In this document: positions 26,555-39,261 of the stretch, one piece after another
How positions within the stretch are numbered: position 1 is the stretch's first letter
Layout of the letters: each line of letters opens with the position of its first letter
The notes under the pieces: model-generated
What the model was told of the DNA's origin: nothing
Databases searched by the model: none
Seen by the model: only the letters and a program-made list of their open reading frames with translations
Assembly (NCBI RefSeq): GCF_000143415.4
Contig: NW_003314263.1
Span: 1 to 64,000 of the forward strand
DNA from: Selaginella moellendorffii
Taxonomy: Eukaryota; Plantae; Lycopodiophyta
Length of the DNA: 64,000 bases
Direction of reading: 5' to 3'
Position numbers and translations under genes: made by a program

Positions 26555-28476
26555 ATGTCTCATCAAACAACGCAGGAAATGGAGAGCAATGCACAAACCC
26601 ACCTGTATGCTCAAAACGGAACTCTGGATTTCAAGGGCCAGCCCGCTCTCAAGAAGAAAACTGGAAAATGGGCCGGCGCGATCCCTATGATCTGTAAAGT
26701 TTCTCCAACGCTTTGCAAAGCTTTCAGTGTCTTGACTTTGCGAGTGTGTTGCAGTCATCCAAGTAGCTGCGACGGTCATCTTCTTCGGCATAATCTCCAA
26801 CCTGCTGACATACTTGACGGGTGTTATGCATCGAGATGTTTCTCAATCCGCAAGTGACGCTAACAATTTGCAAGGCACTTACTTTCTCTCCTCAGTTCTT
26901 GGGGCTTTTCTCTCCGACACATACTGGGGCCGCTACAGGACGCTGCTGTACTCTTTCGTGCTCTACGGCGTGGTGAGTACTTCAAATTCTATCTGCAAAA
27001 GTAGCTTTACCAACACCAATCCAACAAAAAAAAAACTGAAAAACTGAAAAACTTACCAGGGATTGACATGCCTCACCATCTCCGCATCCCTCAAGAACTT
27101 GCGGCCTCCAAGCTGCCCGGCTCAAAGCCCCACTTGCCAGCACGCATCGCCCGGACAGAATGCTTTCCTCTTCCTCTCGCTCTACGCAATCGCCTTCGCA
27201 GGTGGAAGCGCTACCACCTCATTCGTGTCCTTCGGAGCCGACCAGTTTGACGAGTCTGACAACGTCGAGCGGCTGCAAAAGTTCTCCTTTTTCAACTTCA
27301 TCGTCTGGGGCATCCACATCGGAGGCTTGGTATCCGTCACCATGCTCGTCTACATTGAAGATCACGTCGGTTTCTCGTGGGGATTCGGCCTTCTCGGCAT
27401 TATCCTTGCGGTGTCCATAGCTCTGTTCCTCATCCAGACCCCAAGATACCGGTACCGTAGGCCCGAAGGAAGCCCCCTTACGAAAATGGTGCAAGTCATA
27501 GTGGCAGCTTTCCGCAAGCGTAACGTCGTCGCACCATCCCTGGAGCTCCACGAAGAACAGTCGATTGCCAAAGGCAAAAGACACATTCCACACACCAACC
27601 AGTTCCGGTGAGTGACTGTAGCTCTCGACTTTTCCCTGTTCTTAGCTTCGTTCGTCCAGGTTTCTTGACAAGGCAACGCTAAAGCTCGATACCGACATGG
27701 AGATGGAGTCTTCCACGACGAAAACCAGCCCCTGGAAGCTTTCCACCGTGACCCGAGTCGAGGAAGTCAAGCTCGTCATACGAATGCTCCCAATCTGGTT
27801 GGCAACGCTCTGGTTTAGCATTGCTCCATCTCAGTCCGGCACCTTCTTCCTCCGCCAAGGAATGGCTATGGACAACCGGCTTGGAAGCACCACCTTTAAA
27901 ATCCCGCCAGCATCAATGCTTCTCTTCAGCAACCTCACCGTGGTCCTCTTCCTCCCACTCTACGACCGTATCATCGTCCCAACCATAAGAAAGTTCTCCG
28001 GGAACGAGCGCGGCATCACCTTGCTCCAGAGAAGCGGGCTGGGAATCTTCATCGCCGCCATCGGCCTGGGCATCGCAGCGCTGATGGAAATCAAGAGAAA
28101 AGCCTGGATGAATCCCACCACCAGCGTCACGATCTTCTGGCTGGTGCCGCAGTACGTGGTGCTGGGCATAGCGGAGGGCCTCACAAACTCAAGCCTGCTG
28201 GAATTCTTCCACGAGCAATCGCCCGACACCTTCCACAGCCTGGGCACGTCCCTGGCGCTCGCGAATCTGGGCGTGGGGAGCTTCTTGAGCAGCGTCCTCG
28301 TTACCTGCGTCAATCGCGGGGCGCCGTCGTGGCTCCAGAACGATGTGAATGCCGGGCATCTGGAGCGCTACTACTGGCTGATCGCGGGGCTGAGCCTCGT
28401 GAATCTGGGGATCTATGTGCCGGTCGCGCGCTGGTACTCGTACAAGAGCCCTGATCCCTACGCCGAGACATTCTAA
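26555..28476 (+). CDS. NRT1/PTR (NPF) transporter, NPF7-like, 4 exons (about 26555-26693, 26755-26972, 27060-27607, 27660-28476)
   Basis: GAFLSDTYWGRYRT, FGADQFDE, PEGSPLT, VEEVKLVIRMLPIW, IFWLVPQY, GHLERYYWL; GT-AG introns keep the frame. Confidence 0.95.
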
Positions 28477-30212
28477 GAACCCTAAACTGCCGGTGATCCT
28501 AATTTCTTTTTACCTTTAAATCTCTTACGACTCACAGATAACTGTAATCATTTCAAATAGAATGGAGAGTAAATCATTTTAATATAATTTTAATAGTGGT
28601 TTTAATTTTAATTTAACATTATATTTAACCTAAATCATTTTTAATTACGTGGATTCTTTTAAATTTCCTTAAGTGAACCTGTAAAGTCTAATGATAGTAA
28701 ATATGTTTAGAATATACAAAGATGTTCAAGGATATTCTACCATCTAACGGTTATTATCCATTTAGATTAATTTTGTAATTACAATTTATAAACATATTTA
28801 TCATTTATAAACTTTCCAAAACACATTTTAGTATATTCTAGTTTATTCTACCATCTAATAGTTGATATTCAATAGTATATTCTAGTGTATTTTAACAGTC
28901 TAATAGTTGATATTCAATAAGATTAATCTTCTGTTTATAAATTATAGATATGTTTATAATTATAAACTTCCATTTTATCAATTAGAATAATAAATAGAAA
29001 TAACACTACTATTAAGCAAACCAAATACTAATGCATGCATATTTATTTTCATATATAGCTACAATCATTATAAAAGAATAAGTAATTTTTATATAAACTT
29101 ATAAAATAACATTTACTATATTAATTTTTAAAAAAAACTTACTTTATAAAAACAATTTCAAGATTCCTCAATACTTATATATTTCTAATAGAGTAAAGCT
29201 AAAAAATTTATAATCAATGTCGAAATATTCATAATATTATTCTAAACAATTTTTATTTTTGTTAAAAGAACTCTGTTCTTATAATTTAGAATAAAATTGA
29301 TTGTAAATTTTCATTGAAAGTATCATGAATTATATCACCATTAAGTATTACTTTATTATATAATTGTACAAAAGAAAATATGAGTAACAATGTTAAATTC
29401 AGTATTGATTGTTTATAGTATTTGTGAAAAAATTAAATGTTAACAATAAAAGAGAATTCAATAGTTTTAATTATGCACAAAATAATAACTAAATAGACAT
29501 AGATTTTATTAATATATATTTGGAAATAGGATTAAAAAGAAAACAATTTGTATTTTACAAAATAAAATATAACTCGTGAAAGTTCGAAATCAAGAACGAT
29601 CTAACATGTGAATGAGAAACTGAACAATAATGCCACCAAAATTGAATTTATTTTATTTGATTATTTTCATGTTATTTTTTTATGTTTTTTATTTATTCCT
29701 TCTTTTTTGGTGGCCACTATGCATTTTCATTAACAATCACAAATATTTTTGTGGTACTTTTGGCATTGTTTCTAACCACCTTGGGTACTTTTGCAGTTCG
29801 AGGGGCTGAAGTTATTTGAATAACCTTGGGCAAACCATTTATTTTTAAGTTTTTAGTTATTTTTGTTAATAATTATTTGAATTTATTTAAATAAATAAAA
29901 ATTATAAAAATTATAGATTTAAAGTTATATTATTTAAATGCATTATAAAAGTTCTAAGTAATAAAATTTCATAAAATATATATACTTGTTAAATAATTTT
30001 TTAGATTTTTTTTTGAAATATAGGGTAATAAATCATGTGAATATTATTTATAACATATTGTTTTATATTCTTACTTTAATTATTATTATAAATTTTTATT
30101 TTTCATTAACTCTAACTCACTAGTGATAGAAGTGATGTGAAAAAAATATTTTTATACAAGAAATAAAGATGATCTTTGCACATAATTTGAAAGCATATAG
30201 CAAATGACATCT

Positions 30213-31625
30213 TGTGAGACACAAAATCCCTAGGCCCCAAAGTGGAGCCGGAAGGGTGCCATGTGGTAGTAGCCGAAGCGAAAGCCAAACGAGTGTAACA
30301 CGTTTGGGCCAAAAGCTCCGACTGGAAAGGTCGAGAGCGGGAGTGGAACTCCTAACAAAGTGCTCGAGAAATGAGCACGAAGTGAGCAATAAGCGAGGCT
30401 CCAAAAAGGGACCCAAAAGGACCCGAGATGGAGTCCGAGATGGAGTCCGAGATGGACCCGAGATGGAGCCCAAGATGGACCCGAGATGGAGTCCGAGATG
30501 GAGTCCGAGACTGAGACCGAGACCGAGGCCGAAGCCGAGACCGAGACCGAGTCCGAGTCTGAAACCGGGACCGAGACCGAGTCCGAGTCCGAGTTCGAGT
30601 CCGAGTCCGAATACTAATACAGGCAGTTGGGTGAAAGCCCAAAGCAATCGTCCCCCAGGGGGGGGAGGCTGTGGGGGGTTCCAAAAGTATAGTAGGGAGA
30701 GTGTGGGGGTTGGAGCCCAGTGGAGCCAGTTTGGCCAGGAAAGGCCAGTTTGGCCCAGGAAGGCCAGACCCAGTGTTGGGTGATGAGCTGACCACTGGGA
30801 AGTCCAAGACTAGAGTGAACACGGACCGATAAGCGGGGTAGCTTGGTGAAGTGTTCAAGAGCCGGCTCTAGTTCCCCCGGGAGATCGACTGGCCGATGCT
30901 CCCAGTCCAAGTGTGGGTGGCACTACCTACTTGGATACCAGGCGTGGCTCAACGGAACCTCGCTCTAAGCCCATGGCTAAAGCACCCAAGGGAGGAAGGC
31001 GGGGAGAGTACCCAGGTGGCTCGCGTAAGGCCACGGTGTTCCAAAATGTTGTCCCAAAGGCCCAGACTGTGGAAAGGAAGAGGAGCAGTCCTCTGGGGTA
31101 GTGACCAAGGACTCAGTCGTGTGGTGAGGAAGTCCCAGAGGACTTAGTGGTCGGGCCTGTGGGCCTCAATCCAGTGGCAGTGTTGGCAAACACGGTCAGG
31201 GGCAGAAAGGGACTTAGTGGAGACTGACAGAGGGATATTGGGGAAGGCTATTCCCCTTGTCGGTGGGCATCCTAAGGATGCTAAGGAGTGGATCTGAGAT
31301 GACCACTCACGGATGGATTGCCTAGTCTTGGAGAGCCAAGACTGCAATGCAAGTAGTATTGGACTACCAGTGTGGCAAAGGTGATTGGGCATGGCCTTAG
31401 CATAACAGGCTGCCATGTCGGTGGTACCTTTGAGTGCCGGTCATGGGATTGGACACGTGGAGCACCTGGACCAAGTGCAAATGTTGAGTGGCATAGATGC
31501 CATTCTCGGGGCTAGCAAGTCCTAAGTCCTGAATTGGACTTATGGAGGCGGTGAATGAGACTCCTCCAAGTGGTCAGAGGTGTGGTTAAGTGACTAAAGT
31601 AAAATGGAAAAATTAGTCGCTTACA
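30213..31625 (+). repeat. 5' LTR (1413 bp) with 12-bp and 6-bp CCGAG-based tandem array at about 30420-30610
   Basis: Direct repeat of 41384-43214. Confidence 0.95.
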
Positions 31626-34151
31626 ATTTGGTATCGGAGCTGTTCCTTAGTCTGACTTTTATTGGTGCTCAAGTATATCACCATTGATATTGGCATCGGA
31701 AGGTCCTAGGAGTGGGCCTATCGTTGAGGAGTAGCACGTCGAGAGGACATGGCTCTCCACTTGAGTTCATGCATAAACTTGGGCGCGATGTGGTGGATAG
31801 AAAAGGGGCCAGTAAGGGAACGACTTTGGGATCTTGGGAACAGTATATGGTTTTCCTCAGAGAGTTGAGGATGTGATCCAGATGAGCGTTTGACTTAGCA
31901 AACTGGCTAATGTAGTTGTGGTAAACAACTATAGTTGGGATCACGGGAAAGATAAAGACTCCAAAGCAATAAAGGAGTCACAAGATTATCCTCATATAGT
32001 TGAGGTTGGTGCTCATGAATGTGAGACTAGAAGTAATGACCGTGGGAGGTCAAATACGGAAGAGGACTCAAGTCCTTGAAATGGTAGCCAGGGCTACCTT
32101 TAATAAATGCTGGAATAACCCAAGGAGTTGGGGGGTGTACTTAGAGATGAGTGGTATTCTCATCACATGGACAAGTAGTCCTAAGGGGCAAAGGTTGCCC
32201 CAGAGAACAAAATCAAGTGTCAGAGTAACACTTGTGAAAGTAGTCCTTCTGAGTAGGACAGGAATGCAAGAAGTGTATTTCAGTGAGCTAGTGCCTCACA
32301 AGTGGGACCTTACGGGTCTGTGGATTAACCAAGTCCAAAACTGCTGGATGACTCAAGTAGAGTCAAGGAATGGTCCTAAAAGGACTGATGGAAGCATTTG
32401 GACTGAGGTGTGTTGTACCCCACGAAGGATGGGGGGGGGGGGGATCATAGAATCCAAGGATGAGAACAGAAGGTATCTCATCGATGGTAAAATGTGCCAT
32501 GCTAAAGTTATGGGAAAGGTGTTCCCAGAAGAAAACAACTTTGACACAAAGTTGTGTGTGACCTCTATGGTGCAATGCTAATAGATGGTTGGCATGAGAA
32601 ATAGCGGTGTTGGTCTTGGCAAAGACTTAGACACAAAGGGGAAGTGTCATAGAGGTAGGCTCGTGGAGCCGATGGTGTGGAGACACCAAATGTGCCAAGG
32701 TGTGATACCTTGAGGCTATGTTCGGGGGTTCATGAGAACCCCTTGCCAAAGGAATCCCAATAGAAATGGGAATGGCATAGCCTAAGTTGCAAAGCATGCA
32801 GTTGGAGTGTGGTGACCCAGATAATGATGGAGGTGTGGAAGCACCAGCAATGAGTTGTAGGACTTGACAACTGTAAGGCAACTAAGCAAGAGGTGCAGAA
32901 TAATTGGTTAAACGGGTAGAAGGTAACTACCCAAGACTTCTTAATAGCATAGGGAAGTTGGATATACCCTTACGGGGGATAAGTTGCTTGTGTTGCGATA
33001 TAGTAAGTCAATGTCATAAAAGGAAATACTCATTGTCAAGAAAGCCATCATTGGGACACCCGAACACTCTAGAACACCAGAAGGTGGTGTTTGATGTCGC
33101 GAGGGCAATGGATAAGGCCCAAGGGACTAAGTCCCTAGCGAATGATGGATAGAAGGTGCTATCCAAATGTCCAAGGTTGCGGAGACAGGAGAAGACTGTT
33201 TACCCGAGTTGGACAAAGCCAAAAATGGAACTTTGGCAAGGCTAGTAATGGGCATGTAAAGGCCCATAAGCAACAATGTAATCCCAATGTGTGGGATTAT
33301 AAGGTGAGCATACCCGGATTGAGGAACCACCCCCTGGGCTATTGGGTAGGTTCATCCCTAGGAATAATTGCTAAGGCATGATAGAAAGTGCAAAGCTATC
33401 CTCCTGGTCTAGAGGAGAATGACCGAAGGAAAGGTGCGAAGCCAAAAGCAAGAAGTAAAGGGATAGAACCGAACCATAGGAATCGAAGGGCATAACCAAG
33501 GTTGGTTATGCCAGCTGGGAGTGGAGAATCAAGTGGGGGCTCGAGGGTTATTGCCGCTAGCAACCGTGAGGCCATGGAGAGTCTAAAATATGGAATTGTC
33601 CATGTTAGACTATGTGGCAATTGGAAAGCTTGCAAAAAGGGAGGCCTTAGCAAGCTAAGGGACAGAGTTCCTTCAAGGTTCCCAAAGACAATTCTAGGTA
33701 GCTTAGTACCTAGAAAGGCCAAGCGTAAATGGTTCATAGAACGCGCGAAATCGGAGTGGCGCAGCAGAAGCGTGGTCTTGAAGCTTGCCATGAGGCAAGG
33801 CTATCAAGGTTAGAGAAGTAGTTCCTGAGTGTTCAAAAAGAGGGCTTTGAACGAAAGTCGATGGTCAAGGACTTTCACGCTTGTGCAAGAACCATATTAC
33901 AGTGGTCAGAGGACTTGCCAAGCGAGATTGGCAAGTCAGGGGAACAAATACCCTAGTTGAAGGTGACAACTTCAAAAAGGGTGGGCCATGGGGCCAAGCG
34001 TGGAGGAGTCCATGCATGATCACAGACTTGTCAAGTGAGAGGACTTGACAGTGTGGAGGAACTAGGTTCCTAAGCTGTGATCTATAGCGCGCTTTGAGTA
34101 AAAGTTGGTGCACCGGCGTGGGGAGTCACGCCAGGCATCCTGGGTGATGCC

Positions 34152-34532
34152 TGTCAAGACCCCCAACAAGATCAAGACTGGAAAATGCTAAAGACAAAGA
34201 GAAAAAGCTAGCGAAAACAAAGAAGAGGCCTTAGACTGGTGTTGATTGTGGAGAAATGGAACAAGGCTAACCTATATATACTATAGGTTGATGAAGCTCC
34301 ACCACTCTTGGATCGAGGACGGCCTAAATACAGCTGAGGTCGAGGAGGCGCCACATCATCATCAGGAATGTGGCTCGAGACTCAGGAATCGGGAAGTGTC
34401 TCGAGAGTCAGGAATAGGGAAGTGTCTCGAGAGTCAGGAATAGGGAACTGTCTCGAGAGTCAGGAATGTGGTCTGCAGGTCAGGAATCCGGCGAGAGTCA
34501 GGAATGTGGCAAGAATTGGGGGATTCCTGACA
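34152..34532 (-). repeat. 3' LTR (381 bp) with about 26-bp tandem units (tctcgagagtcaggaatagggaagtg)
   Basis: TGTCA..TGACA termini, PPT adjacent. Confidence 0.95.
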
Positions 34533-34543
34533 GCACCCCCTCC

Positions 34544-37500
34544 TCAAGAACGAGTGGAACGAGGATGTGAACGAGAACGAAAAGGAGGATGAGATGAGTG
34601 GCGAGGGATGGGAGATGGAGAAAAAGAATGAGGACTGGGACGAGAAGGATAGCGGCAGTGGAAGTCCTGAACAAGGTCAGGAGAATGAATCAGGTTGTCC
34701 GCAGGTTCCCAAGTGCGTTCCTCAGGTCCGTAACCCTTCCAGTCCACCAGATAGTAGAGTTTAGATCGTGAAATCTTGGAATCAAGGATGTCCTGAACCT
34801 CGTACTCAGACCCATCCTCGAGCTGCACTGGTGGAGGCGGAGGAATGACCCGATTTGGAATAGGACTGGGAATATAAGGCTCAAGGAGAGAGGAGTGAAA
34901 AACGGGGTGAATTTGATATGAGGAGGGAAGTGCAAGGCGATAAGTGACAGGATTAATGATGGCAGTGATAGGGAAAGGACCAAGGCGTTTGAAATCGAGT
35001 TTTGGACAGGGCCTGGTGGTGGAGATATTTCGCCTGAGGAGCCAGACTTTATCCCCGATATTGTAAGGGGGACAATCCTGACGATGGACATTGGCAAATG
35101 TTTTATGAGATTCCTGAGCACGATGGAGGTGGAAGGAGATGGAGTTGTGGATTTCCTGAAGGTTGGAGATAAATGATTCAGAGCGGGGATTTGAACGAGA
35201 GGATTCAGATGGAGAAGGAAGTGAGAGATTGAATCGGGGATTTCGGCCAGAGTTCGCAAAGAAGGGGGAAACTCGAAGAGAGGAGTGAACAGAGTTGTTA
35301 TAGGAGAATTCAGCAAGGGGAAGGATATCAAACCAGTTATCCTGATGATAGTTGATGAAGCACCTCAAGAATTGTTCCAACGTCTGAATCGTTCGCTCGG
35401 ACTGCCCATCAGTTTGAGGATGATATGCCGAAGAGAGGTTGGCCTTCACTCCAAGCAGCTGCAAAAACCGTTGCCAGAAATGAGAGATGAACTGAGGCCC
35501 CCGATCCGAAACCACATCTGTAGGAATCCCATGAAGTCGGAAAATTTCCCTGAATACCAGTTTTGCCATGTCCTCGCCCGAAAACTCCTTGGTACATGGC
35601 AAGAAGTGCGCCATCTTTGTGAAGCGATCCACCACGACTAAAATGCTGTTGAAGCCTCCAGAACTCGGAAGATCACTCAAGAAATCCATGGAGATGGATT
35701 CCCAAGGACCTGAAGGGACCGGAAGGGAACGAAGCAAACCTGAAGGAAGGTGGCGAGGTACCTTATTCCGGGCACAAGTGTCACAGGAGGTAACAAAAGC
35801 TTTGATGTAGTCGTCCATGTGAGGCCACCAAAAGTCCCGTGCAACTAGCTCATAGGTTTTCGCAATGCCGAAGTGACCAGCAGTCGGGCTATCGTGGCAC
35901 GCCATCAGGATCAACCTTCGAGCATCACCTTCAGGAACGTAAAGCTGCTCCCCACGGTACAATAAGCCATCTAAGAACTCGAACTCGTCAAATCGCCGGC
36001 AGTCGGGAGTCACTGGGTGTCCAGCCTGAAGATGGGGAAAAATGTCGCTAGCGAGATCATCGGATTGAAGATCGTTTCTGATTGCATCCATCAAGGAGGA
36101 GTCCTGAGGGGCCAGGGAAATTGCCATAACTTGAAGCCGATCAGGACCGAGGATAACTTGATCCTGTTGATCGAAGGCAGGATTACCAGGCCTGAGACTG
36201 AGATAGGAGCGCCTTGAAAGAGCATCAGGAAGGCCTTGAAACTTTCCAGGTCTGTACTTGATAACAAAGTCAAACCGACTCAGGAATTGTGCCCACCTTG
36301 CTTGACGACGGCTTAAAACTCGGGAAGTGGCAAAGTACTCGAGATTTTTGTGATCCGTCCAGACTGTTGTTTGATGGCTCGCCCCCTCCAAGAAACGGCG
36401 CCACTCTCCAAAGGAATCCACGATGGCAAGAAGCTCCTTGTCGTGGATTTCGTAATTGATCTCCGCAGGCTGGAATTTCCGAGAATGGAAAGCGACCGGA
36501 TGAAGTTCGTGATCCGCTCCGAGTTGAGATAGCACAGCACCAATGGCAAAGTCGGAGGCGTCAGCCTCGATGAAGAAAGGTTGTGAGGAATCAACATGGA
36601 TCAAGACAGGAGCAGAACTGAAGGCCGCCTTGAGTGTGTCGAAAGCCTGCTGGGCAGCAGCAGACCAAGAGAAGGGAACATCCTTGCGAGTGAGATGTGT
36701 GAGAGGAAGGACAATGTCAGAGTAGTGATCAATGAATTTGCGGTAGAAGTTGGCGAAGCCAAGGAAAACCTGAACGTCTGACATTGATTGTGGAGGCTCC
36801 CATTCGAGAATAGTCTTGACTTTAGCAGGATCCATCGTGATACCCTCAGGAGTGACAATGTACCCAAGGAACTCCACAGACTGCTGATCAAAGGAACATT
36901 TCTCAAGCTTCGTGTATAGGCCGTGTTCTCGCAGCTTCGCTAGCACCTTGCGAACATGTTCGTCATGCTCCTCCTGAGTTTTTGAGTAGATGAGGATGTC
37001 ATCGAGGTAGACGATCACCATCTGATCAAGAAACTCCCGAAAAACGTCGTTCGCCATGTGTTGGAAAACCGCTGGAGCATTTGTCAAGCCAAATGGCATG
37101 ACAGTGTACTCGAAGTGGCCATAGCGGGTTCGGAACGCAGTCTTCCATTCATCACCAGGCCGGATCCGGATCAGGTTGTATGCTCCACGGAGGTCGATCT
37201 TGGTGAAGAAGCGGGCACCGCCGAGGCGTTCCAACAGGTCCGAGATCAGGGGCAGCGGATAACGGTTCCGAACAGTCACCTTGTTCAAACCTCGGTAGTC
37301 GATGACTAGCCGCAAGCTCCCATCCTTCTTCTTGACAAAGAAGACAGGCGCTCCAGCCGGGGACTGCGAATGCTGAATGTAGCCTGAGGCAAGGTTCTCA
37401 TCCACGTACTCTTTGAGGGCCTTAAGCTCGGACGGGGATAACCCGTAGATAGGCCCCCACGGAGGTGACGCTCCTTCCTGTAAATCAATGGGACAATCAT

Positions 37501-38317
37501 AAGGCCGATGAACAGGCAGTACACTAGCTTTTTTCTTGTCAAACACATCCCCAAAATCATGATACTTCTCAGGAAGACTGACAGGAGAAACATGCAAAGC
37601 AAAAAGAAAAAGAGGTTCTTCATGAAGGAGTTCTTTCATAGTGATTGTGGAGATAGGAGGAGGGGTACGAATAAATGGAATGATGAGACGAGGATACTGT
37701 CCAGTGTAAGATGGAAGAGAGGAAAAAGAAGAGGATGAAAACTGCGTAGAGTCAGGAACAGAACCCCGACTTGAGTTTAGGGAACTTTTCCTGATTCGGA
37801 CTCGATGAACACCAGGGGAAGCCGTGGGAGATGGTGATGTGGGAGAGATGAGTTGTAAGTCCTTCCAACAAATCTGAGGCTGATGTAGTTGGAACCAAGG
37901 AAGACCGAGCACCACAGAGGAAGACTTGCTGTTGATGATGTTGAAGGCGATATCGGTGACGGTGGACCCGATGTGTACTCGAACGGGCAACGTTTCCCTA
38001 AGTCCAGAAGATGGAGACACAAAATGCCCGCCGATGCCTTCAACCCTCAGATCCCGTATGGTAGGAGAAAGAGGAACGTGATGTCGGGCAGCAAAGTCCG
38101 TGTCCATGAAGCAGGAAGTTGCACCCGAGTCCAGTAGCGCCAAAGCCTTGAGTCCTGATTGTCTGGTGAAAGAAAGGAGACATGGGACGCGGAAGTTGCG
38201 GGAATTGGTGGTGGCTTTGATGAAAGGTGGTGAGGAGCTTGATAAGGAAGAAAAGTGATTTTTATTTGGGGAGTCCAAACAGACAGCTCCTACTCTGTTT
38301 GGATAGGGTCGTTTCCC
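34544..38317 (-). CDS. pol: Pol polyprotein PR-RT-RH-INT-chromodomain, expressed by -1 frameshift
   Basis: Open frame 34544-38383: LLDSGAT, YLDD, DASDFAIG, HDSPTAGH..CDTC, SDRG, YEVQDILDS..YYLVDWKGY..TWEP. Confidence 0.96.
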   Translation of the reverse strand, partial: GKRPYPNRVGAVCLDSPNKNHFSSLSSSSPPFIKATTNSRNFRVPCLLSFTRQSGLKALALLDSGATSCFMDTDFAARHHVPLSPTIRDLRVEGIGGHFVSPSSGLRETLPVRVHIGSTVTDIAFNIINSKSSSVVLGLPWFQLHQPQICWKDLQLISPTSPSPTASPGVHRVRIRKSSLNSSRGSVPDSTQFSSSSFSSLPSYTGQYPRLIIPFIRTPPPISTITMKELLHEEPLFLFALHVSPVSLPEKYHDFGDVFDKKKASVLPVHRPYDCPIDLQEGASPPWGPIYGLSPSELKALKEYVDENLASGYIQHSQSPAGAPVFFVKKKDGSLRLVIDYRGLNKVTVRNRYPLPLISDLLERLGGARFFTKIDLRGAYNLIRIRPGDEWKTAFRTRYGHFEYTVMPFGLTNAPAVFQHMANDVFREFLDQMVIVYLDDILIYSKTQEEHDEHVRKVLAKLREHGLYTKLEKCSFDQQSVEFLGYIVTPEGITMDPAKVKTILEWEPPQSMSDVQVFLGFANFYRKFIDHYSDIVLPLTHLTRKDVPFSWSAAAQQAFDTLKAAFSSAPVLIHVDSSQPFFIEADASDFAIGAVLSQLGADHELHPVAFHSRKFQPAEINYEIHDKELLAIVDSFGEWRRFLEGASHQTTVWTDHKNLEYFATSRVLSRRQARWAQFLSRFDFVIKYRPGKFQGLPDALSRRSYLSLRPGNPAFDQQDQVILGPDRLQVMAISLAPQDSSLMDAIRNDLQSDDLASDIFPHLQAGHPVTPDCRRFDEFEFLDGLLYRGEQLYVPEGDARRLILMACHDSPTAGHFGIAKTYELVARDFWWPHMDDYIKAFVTSCDTCARNKVPRHLPSGLLRSLPVPSGPWESISMDFLSDLPSSGGFNSILVVVDRFTKMAHFLPCTKEFSGEDMAKLVFREIFRLHGIPTDVVSDRGPQFISHFWQRFLQLLGVKANLSSAYHPQTDGQSERTIQTLEQFLRCFINYHQDNWFDILPLAEFSYNNSVHSSLRVSPFFANSGRNPRFNLSLPSPSESSRSNPRSESFISNLQEIHNSISFHLHRAQESHKTFANVHRQDCPPYNIGDKVWLLRRNISTTRPCPKLDFKRLGPFPITAIINPVTYRLALPSSYQIHPVFHSSLLEPYIPSPIPNRVIPPPPPVQLEDGSEYEVQDILDSKISRSKLYYLVDWKGYGPEERTWEPADNLIHSPDLVQDFHCRYPSRPSPHSFSPSPIPRHSSHPPFRSRSHPRSTRS

Positions 38318-39261
38318 GACTGCAACAGTGGTGGACTTTGAGGCAGAGTGAACTCGAGCAATCGGGGAGGCTTCCTGGGACACACAGCTGCTTTGTGATT
38401 AGGATCAGCACAGTAGAGGCAAAGATTATGAGATATTCGACGTTGCCTCTCAGCAGGACTCAACTTCCCTCTAATGAGTCGGGGAGTACCAGAAATATCC
38501 ATCGGGACCGGAGCAGTAGGTTCAGGACTATGCCCCGAAGACTCAAGCTGGGATTCCTGAGTCTGGGACGGAAAAACAGCGGCGCGACGACTTTCCTGAC
38601 GACGTTCAAAGAGACGATTGTCACATCGAACAGCTTTGTTGATGGCGTCCGACAGGTCCTTGGGATCCTCCATGGTGAGCAACAAATCCTTGACACCGTT
38701 GTTGAGGCCGAAACGAAATTGGTCAATCAGGGCCCGCTCATCCCACTGAGTGTCCAAGGCAAGGAGTTGGAACTCTGCAGCGTAGATCGAGGCAGGACGA
38801 GACCCCTGAGAGAGACGTCTCATCTTTGTGGTAGCAGCCCGAACCCGATCCGTCTCGCCAAAACATGTTTCGAGCTTCTCTTTGAACAATTGAAGATCCA
38901 TCAGCTCCGGAACCACGACCCCTTTCATGCTCTTCTCCAGAAGAGGAGAAAACCATGACAAAGCTGCACCCTCGAGCAACGTCCCAATCGCGCCGATTTG
39001 AGACTCAGGAGTGGGGTACCGCCGATGTTGAAGTGCAAAGATCAGCTCCATTTGATTCAAAAATCCACGAAGCTCCGAACGCTTGCCTGAAAATTTCGCC
39101 GGGAAACTCACCTTCGGTTCAGGAACTTTGCTGGATCCTTGAGCCGAAAGTGAAGCAAGCTCCTGCTGCATGCGAAGAAGGGTCGCCTTCAGCTCGGTAT
39201 TCTCAGACTGGATTTTTGCAAGGACTTCGGCAAAGAAATCAGGATGGCTTGGAGACTCCAT
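38290..39261 (-). CDS. gag: Gag (PEG10/sushi-like)
   Basis: PAKFSG..LRGFLNQ, LSQG..Y..EF, PVPMDI, LCLYCADPNHKAAVC. Confidence 0.95.
   Translation of the reverse strand: MESPSHPDFFAEVLAKIQSENTELKATLLRMQQELASLSAQGSSKVPEPKVSFPAKFSGKRSELRGFLNQMELIFALQHRRYPTPESQIGAIGTLLEGAALSWFSPLLEKSMKGVVVPELMDLQLFKEKLETCFGETDRVRAATTKMRRLSQGSRPASIYAAEFQLLALDTQWDERALIDQFRFGLNNGVKDLLLTMEDPKDLSDAINKAVRCDNRLFERRQESRRAAVFPSQTQESQLESSGHSPEPTAPVPMDISGTPRLIRGKLSPAERQRRISHNLCLYCADPNHKAAVCPRKPPRLLEFTLPQSPPLLQSGNDPIQTE

Noticed and set aside
28500-30207. Extremely AT-rich tract sharing short blocks with 14640-14730 and 15165-15195
   Set aside because: Probably remnants of a dispersed repeat; no termini or coding capacity definable
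30120-30858. ORFs with PR/PS/GL/RT dipeptide runs (similar ones at 4051-4365)
   Set aside because: Translations of the LTR hexamer array; stop-free by repeat composition
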